Shown: in pieces, positions 57,158 to 64,000 of the stretch
How the letters are laid out: each line of letters opens with the position of its first letter
Position numbering within the stretch: the stretch's first letter is position 1
Virus record (IMG/VR): IMGVR_UViG_3300042470_001171
Span: 1 to 64,000 of that record
Strand: one strand, 5' to 3'
DNA length: 64,000 nucleotides
DNA from: a virus
Taxonomy: Duplodnaviria; Caudoviricetes
Notes under the pieces: model-generated
Told to the model about the DNA's origin: nothing
Seen by the model: the letters and a program-made list of their open reading frames with translations, nothing else
The model's database searches: none
Made by a program: the position numbers and the translations under genes

Positions 57158-57910
57158 ATGGAACGCCCCACTCTTACCATTGCCGTCGATACCTACCTGA
57201 AGCCGTTGCCTGAGCCAGCGGCTAGCTTTGAGGTTGAAGAAATTGCCAAGGTGCTGAAGGGCACCGTGATCCCGATCCTGGCCTATCGTCAAGAGCATGG
57301 CCATATCTGCTTCACCGTCGATGCCACTGGCTTCAACCTAGCCACCCTCCACCCATCTCGCAAAAATACCTGGTGGGTCTATGCTCAGCATTGCCTGGAC
57401 CCCCAAGGCCATGGCGCTGACAATGACCCCAAGGATACCCCCAGCGATACCGCCAAGGGCTATGGCATCGTCCTGCCAGGGTTCACTGGCAACTACTACA
57501 GCACCGACCCAATTGGCCTAAAAAGCCAGAGCTTTACCTGGGGTGAAGCGCTCCATGTCGATAGCGCTGGCAGCTACCGGCAACCTGCTAACCCGGATGT
57601 GGTCTACAAAATTATCAAGATCGCTGAGGTAATGCAGAATGTGCGTGGCCTATTCGGCGGCGCACCAGTCGTGGTTAACTCCTGGTACCGGGATCCAGTG
57701 ACTAACCGTAGGGTGGGCGGTGCCAGCCAGAGTCGGCATATGGTTGGCGATGCGGTTGACTTTCACATCCCTGGTGTATCGTTGGTGGATGTGTATAATC
57801 GTTTGGATCCATGGTGGGCTAGTCGAGGCGGGCTAGCCCGGGGCCAGGGTTTTGTGCATATTGATGGCCGGGGCTACCGGGCTCGATGGACCTATCCAGG
57901 GGTGAACTAA
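57158..57910 (+). CDS. Endolysin, peptidase M15A family
   Basis: SWYR...NRRVGGASQSRH..GDAVDF...GFVHID. Confidence 0.88.
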   Translation: MERPTLTIAVDTYLKPLPEPAASFEVEEIAKVLKGTVIPILAYRQEHGHICFTVDATGFNLATLHPSRKNTWWVYAQHCLDPQGHGADNDPKDTPSDTAKGYGIVLPGFTGNYYSTDPIGLKSQSFTWGEALHVDSAGSYRQPANPDVVYKIIKIAEVMQNVRGLFGGAPVVVNSWYRDPVTNRRVGGASQSRHMVGDAVDFHIPGVSLVDVYNRLDPWWASRGGLARGQGFVHIDGRGYRARWTYPGVN

Positions 57911-58096
57911 ATGGTACCAAGACAGGCAATTGTCACCAAGACCGATGGCACGGCTGTACGGGGCCTTGCCCAGATCCAGGGACAGCGGCTGATCATCCAT
58001 GGCCCGGATGGCGCGTGGTATAACTACGCACTCAAGGACTGTACGATCATCTGGGATCCAGAGCGCAGGCGTAGTAGTGGGAACACTAAGGCATAA
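57911..58096 (+). CDS. Hypothetical protein
   Basis: Abuts endolysin stop. Confidence 0.5.
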   Translation: MVPRQAIVTKTDGTAVRGLAQIQGQRLIIHGPDGAWYNYALKDCTIIWDPERRRSSGNTKA

Positions 58097-58108
58097 ACGG
58101 GGACTGAT

Positions 58109-59464
58109 ATGCCAGAGGTTGAACATAATATCCTGACTGGGGCCCAGCTCCATAGCTCGAAAGTGGTGACTTTCACCGGCGATCCGTCTAGCTATGTGCC
58201 AACTGAGGCAGGTATCCTGGTGCAATGCTTGACGGCACCCAATGCAGGTAAGCTGTACCGCACTACGGGCACTACTGCAGGGGCGCTAATGTCGGGCAGT
58301 GCCGCCGACGGCCAGGCGGCAACGGTAAGCATTGGCACCATCACCACTGGCAGCGCTGGCAGCAATGCCACAGTCACCAACAGCGGCACCACATCAGCGG
58401 CGGTGCTAGACTTCACCATCCCCCGGGGCGACGCGGGGGCCGGGGCCTTTGGCATCCGCTATACCTTCAGCACTAGCACCAGCAGCGGGCCTGGGGCTGG
58501 CCTGCTACGGCTTAACAATGCCAGCCCAGCCAGTGCCACCCAGCTTTATGTCAGCGAGACGGACCGCAATGGGGCGGCTATCGCTAGCCTGCTTGGCACC
58601 ATCGCCAATGGTAGCCCGATCCAGATCCTAGACGAGTCGGATCCATTGGCCTTTGCCTATTACACTGTCACCTCCTCCACAGACAACGGCACAGACCGCA
58701 CCCTAGCAGTGACCCATGTGGCCAGCAATGGCACCCTAGCAGGCGGGGTGACGCTGACCTGGGGGGTAGCTGGGGCGGCTGGATCGTCTGCGACCTCTGG
58801 CTTTGGCTTTAAGTACAGCTTCAATAGCACCACCACTAGCGGGCCAGCGGCGGGCCAGGTGCGGCTGAATAATGCAGCGTCTGCCAGCGCTACCCAGGTA
58901 TTTATTCACGAGACGGACCGCAACAGCAAGGCCATGGCCAGCCTGCTTAACTTGGTTGGGGCTGGGTCTGGCCTTCTGCTGGTCAGCGAGTCAGACCCCA
59001 GTCAGTATGCCTACTACACCGTCACCAGTAGCACCGATAACGGCAATGACCGGACGCTGGCGGTTGCCCATGTGGCCAGCAATGGCACGCTGAGCGGCAA
59101 CGTGACAGTCTCTATCGCTGGGGGCGGGACTGGCGGAGTCCAGGGCATCGGCACCGCATCGCCCCTAAACAGCATTACGCCCTTAGCCGCAAATTCGCTC
59201 TACGTCCAACGGACAACTGTTTTGAGCGATGCTCAGGGCGCTAGGGAAGTAGTCTGGGTGGCCACCGGCACCACTAGCGCTAGCTGGGTTGTGGCCTCAT
59301 CCAGTGCCATTCGGCGCAACAGTACTAGCAATCCTAATACAGTAGTGACGGCTAACTTTGCTGGCCAGTTTCTGATCAACTATGCCGTTGACATCTACGG
59401 CAATTCGACGGCGGCAACCCTTTATGTGTCAGGCAGTGGAGCAACGTCATGGTATGCCGTATAG
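58109..59464 (+). CDS. Tail fibre-like protein with a duplicated ~119-aa domain
   Basis: ATVTNSGT.SAAVLDFTIPRG motif; FG..Y.F...SGP..G..RLNNA...ETDRN twice. Confidence 0.7.
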   Translation: MPEVEHNILTGAQLHSSKVVTFTGDPSSYVPTEAGILVQCLTAPNAGKLYRTTGTTAGALMSGSAADGQAATVSIGTITTGSAGSNATVTNSGTTSAAVLDFTIPRGDAGAGAFGIRYTFSTSTSSGPGAGLLRLNNASPASATQLYVSETDRNGAAIASLLGTIANGSPIQILDESDPLAFAYYTVTSSTDNGTDRTLAVTHVASNGTLAGGVTLTWGVAGAAGSSATSGFGFKYSFNSTTTSGPAAGQVRLNNAASASATQVFIHETDRNSKAMASLLNLVGAGSGLLLVSESDPSQYAYYTVTSSTDNGNDRTLAVAHVASNGTLSGNVTVSIAGGGTGGVQGIGTASPLNSITPLAANSLYVQRTTVLSDAQGAREVVWVATGTTSASWVVASSSAIRRNSTSNPNTVVTANFAGQFLINYAVDIYGNSTAATLYVSGSGATSWYAV

Positions 59465-59469
59465 CCTTC

Positions 59470-60402
59470 ATGCGCTACCCGGCACCAGATCGGCGGGTGG
59501 CAGGTCGGTACATCTCAACCAGGGAATTGGTTAGGGGCCTTAACGATATTGGCGTGCAAGCGTTCTATAGCCGTGATTCAGACGTTAAGGCAGATTACTA
59601 TGCTGTCGATTGCCTGGATGAAATTAAATGGCTACCCAAGGCAGATCCGGCCCAGCGCATTGCCTGGATCCGTCGGGATGTGTACCGACTGACTGCCCGG
59701 CCAGCTATTGATGGGGTTGGCCATTTGTTTGCTAGCAGTCAGTTTGTCGCCAATGCCTGGACCCAGTACCCGGTCACAGTTCTGCCAGATCCGGTCTATG
59801 TGCCACGGTGGATTCGCCCACATTTCCGCAGCGGTGTGTTGTATGTTGGTCGGGTGTGCCGCAGCAAGGGGATCCCATTATTGCTGCAAGCCATGAAGTT
59901 TCTTAACCCACGCTGGCGGCTTACCATTGCCGGGCCAATGGTTGAGGACTTTGGCCCCATGGTAGAAAACTATAACTTAGCGCGGCAGGTAAAGTTCATC
60001 GGCGAGCTAAGGCAGTGGCAGGTTGGGCGGCTGTATCGACAGGCAGAGTGTGTGGTGGTGCCTAGCCAGTTTGAGCCATTTGGGCGGGCCATTGTCGAGG
60101 CATGGGCGAACGGTTGTACGCCTATTGCTATCGCTGGCAGTGGTGGCCCCCAAGAAATTATGGGCGAGATGGGGCGGTATCCATACTTGATAGACCACAA
60201 CCCCATGCGACTAGCCGGAGCGATCCGCGAGGTCACCGACAATGGTCGGCGGCTTAGCTATGGCCATTGTCGCCAGCTAGCCCAGCCCTATGATCGACGC
60301 ATTATTGCCCAGCGTTTTATGGAGGCCCTAAATGGCAACCCAACCCATCACCAGCCGGGTGCTGAACAGCCAACAACAACGCCTAGAGGGCCAGCAGGCT
60401 AG
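59470..60402 (+). CDS. GT4-family glycosyltransferase
   Basis: LYVGR...KGI..LL.A; VVPSQFEPFGRAIVEAWANG. Confidence 0.88.
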   Translation: MRYPAPDRRVAGRYISTRELVRGLNDIGVQAFYSRDSDVKADYYAVDCLDEIKWLPKADPAQRIAWIRRDVYRLTARPAIDGVGHLFASSQFVANAWTQYPVTVLPDPVYVPRWIRPHFRSGVLYVGRVCRSKGIPLLLQAMKFLNPRWRLTIAGPMVEDFGPMVENYNLARQVKFIGELRQWQVGRLYRQAECVVVPSQFEPFGRAIVEAWANGCTPIAIAGSGGPQEIMGEMGRYPYLIDHNPMRLAGAIREVTDNGRRLSYGHCRQLAQPYDRRIIAQRFMEALNGNPTHHQPGAEQPTTTPRGPAG

Positions 60403-61207
60403 CCAGTCGGCCAGTGCTGACCAGGCCCAGCGCACGGCCATCTATGACGGTGGCGGCAACTATCGCACCGTTGGCGCAGCCGGCAGCTACCGCCCCAAGG
60501 GAACGGTCACCTCTGGCGGGGTGCCGGTCGGCCAAGCAGTGCCAGCCAACAATGGTTTGGTTGGTGGTATGCCTGCTAGCTTTGGCGGCGATGCCCAAGC
60601 CATCCGCGACCTACGGGAACGCCTAGCCCAGGTCGCTGAGGAGCGAGGCTTCCAGGCATGGCAGGGCGACCCCAACACCCAAGGCCAGGGCGAGACACCC
60701 CTAGCGGCTAGGTACTTGTTTGACCGCTACCTAGACCGCGATACCATGACGCTGTACTACTGGCAGCAGTCGAGTGCTAACACAGGCGGCAGGTGGATCC
60801 CGGTTGCCTCTGGCCTGGACTCGCTGAGCGGCGGCATCGAAACGCCAGCGGTTAAGCAATACCCGTTGATCACCTACAACGATGAGCCACGCAAGATCAT
60901 GGCGTTGCACTTGCGGGTCAATGCGGATCCAGTCGTTGTGGCTAGTGTGACTCAAGGCGCTGGGGCTAGTACATTAGCTTGGACGGTCACCCAAAATAAC
61001 CAGCAGGTAAACCGCACCATCACGGCTACGCTGTTAGTCGATACCGCCAATGGCCAGAACCAGCCAGTAACCCTAGGCACCACGATCTTAGAGCTTGGCA
61101 GCCTGCTAAAGCTAGGCTTGACCGGCGTTACTGTCGGGCCTGAACTGCTGTCGTTTACGGTGCAGTTTCAGTCAGCAGCCTTTGATCTGGCCATGGAGGA
61201 AGAGTAG
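60332..61207 (+). CDS. Putative tail protein
   Basis: GGAGG RBS; operon context. Confidence 0.5.
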   Translation: MATQPITSRVLNSQQQRLEGQQASQSASADQAQRTAIYDGGGNYRTVGAAGSYRPKGTVTSGGVPVGQAVPANNGLVGGMPASFGGDAQAIRDLRERLAQVAEERGFQAWQGDPNTQGQGETPLAARYLFDRYLDRDTMTLYYWQQSSANTGGRWIPVASGLDSLSGGIETPAVKQYPLITYNDEPRKIMALHLRVNADPVVVASVTQGAGASTLAWTVTQNNQQVNRTITATLLVDTANGQNQPVTLGTTILELGSLLKLGLTGVTVGPELLSFTVQFQSAAFDLAMEEE

Positions 61208-61209
61208 GC

Positions 61210-62286
61210 ATGGGTAGGCAGCTAGGCTGGGTATGGTTTGGGGCGAGAGGGGCTAGGATCTATTGTGTTCCGTATTTTAATACCGCAGGAAATCAGTTTG
61301 GGATTGTAAACACAGGGTCAAACACATTGACGCTAACGACATTAGGCGCTAACCCTGGAATAGATTACTATTGGTTTAGATCTGTATCTGTAGGCAGGAA
61401 AGTTTATGCCTTGCCAACAACGCGCTTTTTTGGCACTAGTGATTATGAGTTTGGAATTATAGATACAGACACAGATACATTAACAATAACTGCGTTAGGC
61501 CTTAATCCGGGGATAGATTACTTTTGGATAGGCGTTTCAGCTGTAGGCACTAGGATTTATTGTATACCAAGCTCTGCTAGTGCAGGTAATCTATTTGGAA
61601 TAATAGACACAGAGACGGACACATTAACGTTATCAGCATTAGGGCTGGACGATCAGACAAGCTATAGATGGGGTGTTTCGGCGGCAGTAGCTACAAGGAT
61701 TTATTGTATTCCAGATTTTAACGTAGGGGCGAACCAGTTTGGAATTATAAACACGGAAACAAACACAATAGAGTTGACAACATTAGGAGTTTCACTTAAT
61801 GAGAATCATTGGTGGGAAACAATTCAGGCTGTAGGCACCAAGATCTACTGCATTCCTTATATTAATGCAAAGGGAAATTTATTTGGCATTATAGACACAG
61901 AAGCCAATATATTAACTTTAACGACACTAGGATTAAGCTCTGCCGTAGGGTACGCATGGATTGCTTCTGCAGTTGTAGGTACAAAAATTTATTGTATTCC
62001 ACAGCGCAACCTCGGAGGAAATCAGTTCGGCATCATAGACACAGAAACAAACACATTGACACTAACGACATTAGGTGCAGATCCTGCAATAAGTTATGGG
62101 TGGAGCGCATCTGCGGTCGTAGACAAGAAAATCTACTGTATCCCGACTCTGAACATTTTTAATGGAGGAAATCAGTTTGGGATTATAGACACAGAGACAA
62201 ACACATTGACGCTGACAACACTAGGCGAAAATTCTCAAGACGACTATCGCTGGTGGTCAGCTGTTGCAGTTCAGACCCAATCCTAA
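61210..62286 (+). CDS. Low-GC 7-repeat beta-propeller protein (candidate receptor-binding module)
   Basis: Seven ~47-50 aa repeats VGTKIYCIP...GNQFGIIDTETNTLTLTTLG. Confidence 0.75.
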   Translation: MGRQLGWVWFGARGARIYCVPYFNTAGNQFGIVNTGSNTLTLTTLGANPGIDYYWFRSVSVGRKVYALPTTRFFGTSDYEFGIIDTDTDTLTITALGLNPGIDYFWIGVSAVGTRIYCIPSSASAGNLFGIIDTETDTLTLSALGLDDQTSYRWGVSAAVATRIYCIPDFNVGANQFGIINTETNTIELTTLGVSLNENHWWETIQAVGTKIYCIPYINAKGNLFGIIDTEANILTLTTLGLSSAVGYAWIASAVVGTKIYCIPQRNLGGNQFGIIDTETNTLTLTTLGADPAISYGWSASAVVDKKIYCIPTLNIFNGGNQFGIIDTETNTLTLTTLGENSQDDYRWWSAVAVQTQS

Positions 62287-62390
62287 CCCCCACTCCAGTA
62301 CCGCCATGACACATCCTCTTTGCAGGTTATGTCATGGCACCCCTAGCCAGGGTCGCCATAGTAGGCTAGTCATGGGGGAGGGCGTAACCC

Positions 62391-63704
62391 ATGGCACACT
62401 ATCAGCTTTGTTATGGCCGGGTCAGCAGCAAGGACCAAAACCTGGACCTGCAGATCCAGCAATTTCAACAACAGGTAGAGTTTGACGAACTATTTACCGA
62501 GTCATTGTCTGGCCGCCGTCGGGACCGGCCCGAGTTTCTACGCCTAGTTGACCGGGCGCTTGAACTACGCCAGCACCGGCACCAGGTAACCGTCTGGGTG
62601 GTGGAATGGACCCGATGGGCAAGAGATACCGTCTGGGCGATGGAAAGCCTTGCCCAGCTAGAGGCCGCTGGCGTGCAGGTGAAGGAACTAACTACCGGCC
62701 AAGAAATCACGCTCCAGACCGCCTCAGGGCTGCTTACAACCGGCGTTAAGTCGCTCATGGCCCACTACTACTCTGAGGAGCTATCGGCACGGCTGAAGCG
62801 GGCTAACGTGCAACTACGCCGCCAGGGTAGGCCGATGGGTGGCCTGCCTCCCTTTGGCTACCAACGATCTGCTGACAATAGCTGCTACGAGCCCGGGCCA
62901 GACTGGGGCACGGCCAGAGAGGCGGTAGACTACTACCTAGAGCATGGCAACTTGCTACAGCTCACCCATATGATGCAAGACCGCTACGGCATTGGTCGAA
63001 ACAGGACGGTCTGGCGGGCGTGGCTAAAGAACCCTACCCTACGCGGTCACCTGCACTATCGCAAAACTAACGAATGGCGCTACAATGCTCACCCAGCCTT
63101 GATCAGCGAGGATGAGTACAAGCGTATCGAGTACTGGATCGACCTAAACCGTCAGCTGCGGGGCAACAACCAGGGCCGCATCCATGCGGTGCCGCCCATC
63201 GTGTCTTGTAGTTGTGGCTGTCGGTGCCGCCCCAACTCTCGCGGAAAGAATCGGTACTTTATCTGTGCTGCCAATGGTGGAGGATACCCTAACCGGCCAC
63301 GGTGCCCCCAGACCCGTTCCTGCCGCCAGGACATGATCGAAGCAGCTATCCAGGAGGCATTGATCGACCATGCCCAGGCTATCGCCCATAGCCTGAAATC
63401 TGACACAGCCTTTGACCCTGCCATTGCTGCCCTGGAGCAGGAGATAGCCGCACTCCAGCCCCTTGCCCACCGGGCTGCCATCGCTGAGGAGATAGCGTCC
63501 ATTGAGGCAGAGATCCTGGCTAGGCGTAGCCACCAGGGTCAGGCGCTAGCCAGCAGCCAGCAGCTACAGCAGCAAGCCATTGATGCCGCGTCGATGGACT
63601 GGAGTACCTTGGCCGCCCCAGAGCGCCGTCAGCTCTATGCTGAACTGGTGGAGCGGGTGATCATTCAAGGCAATGAAGTGCTAGAAGTACGGTTCAAGCG
63701 CTAA
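62391..63704 (+). CDS. Large serine recombinase (resolvase, recombinase, Zn-ribbon and coiled-coil domains)
   Basis: YGRVSS..Q, SGRRRDRPEF, RWAR, PPFGY, C.CG...C...C. Confidence 0.92.
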   Translation: MAHYQLCYGRVSSKDQNLDLQIQQFQQQVEFDELFTESLSGRRRDRPEFLRLVDRALELRQHRHQVTVWVVEWTRWARDTVWAMESLAQLEAAGVQVKELTTGQEITLQTASGLLTTGVKSLMAHYYSEELSARLKRANVQLRRQGRPMGGLPPFGYQRSADNSCYEPGPDWGTAREAVDYYLEHGNLLQLTHMMQDRYGIGRNRTVWRAWLKNPTLRGHLHYRKTNEWRYNAHPALISEDEYKRIEYWIDLNRQLRGNNQGRIHAVPPIVSCSCGCRCRPNSRGKNRYFICAANGGGYPNRPRCPQTRSCRQDMIEAAIQEALIDHAQAIAHSLKSDTAFDPAIAALEQEIAALQPLAHRAAIAEEIASIEAEILARRSHQGQALASSQQLQQQAIDAASMDWSTLAAPERRQLYAELVERVIIQGNEVLEVRFKR

Positions 63705-63730
63705 GAAAAAACCCCCAGCAATGCCGGGGG
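63705..63730 (-). terminator. Intrinsic terminator between convergent genes
   Basis: AAAAAACCCCCAGC-AAT-GCCGGGGG. Confidence 0.65.
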
Positions 63731-63765
63731 CGAGGGAGAACCACAGAGGAGAAACTTAACAGACG

Positions 63766-64000
63766 CTAGTCAGAGGTCAGGTAGACCTGGCCGGTCAGGT
63801 TGCCGGGGGTGCTGGTCTTGGTGGCGGTGGCCCGCACATAGACTGCTTCCCCTTCGCCAGCGGCTGCCATCAAGCTATTGACAGCAGCACCATCGAGCGC
63901 CAGGTACTCTTTACGAGCATTGCTACCAGACAGTAACTTAATACTGCCCAGGGTCACTTCGTTGGTAAAGCTGGAGTTATCCGCACCGGTCACATTGACG
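63766..64000 (-). CDS. 3' end of a gene entering from outside the window
   Basis: Frame open to the window edge. Confidence 0.5.
   Translation of the reverse strand, partial: VNVTGADNSSFTNEVTLGSIKLLSGSNARKEYLALDGAAVNSLMAAAGEGEAVYVRATATKTSTPGNLTGQVYLTSD

Noticed and set aside
1-64000. tRNA, rRNA, reverse transcriptase/DGR or IS transposase genes
   Set aside because: None recognised by eye; a covariance-model scan would be needed to exclude tRNAs

Overview
This 64-kb window is part of a temperate, siphovirus-like phage or prophage, probably from a cyanobacterial host (SigF/SigB-like sigma factor, cyanobacterial-type boxA motifs, XisF-like serine recombinase). It contains tail and neck genes (1-6.1 kb, 43.7-62.3 kb), a lambda-like replication module (initiator with iterons, DnaB, DnaN, SSB, recombinase), DNA methyltransferases, a tyrosine and a large serine recombinase, an FtsK/Tra-like membrane operon and many single-gene cassettes. 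No major capsid, portal or large terminase gene was recognised. The outstanding feature is a phage-encoded minimal type I-E CRISPR-Cas module: cas6e, cas7e, a short cas5e and a divergent, shortened cas8e. No cas3, cas1, cas2 or cas11 was recognised in the window, but a PD-(D/E)xK nuclease gene is translationally coupled to cas6. About 50 degenerate I-E repeat hairpins lie at 11 loci. They form two crRNA classes (27-38 nt spacers with a conserved UCGCAAACAC 3' tag, and ~10-20 nt micro-spacers). Four arrays share a promoter/boxA leader; the rest lie just downstream of co-oriented phage genes, including inside the cas operon. Other points of interest: a candidate ~200 nt structured ncRNA, a candidate phage-sigma promoter motif (GGGCACCCT), a dispersed ACCCAACTWWAAGC motif, a MuF-ADP-ribosyltransferase fusion and an overlapping two-frame cytosine methyltransferase. 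All calls are by-eye motif recognition; no database searches were run.
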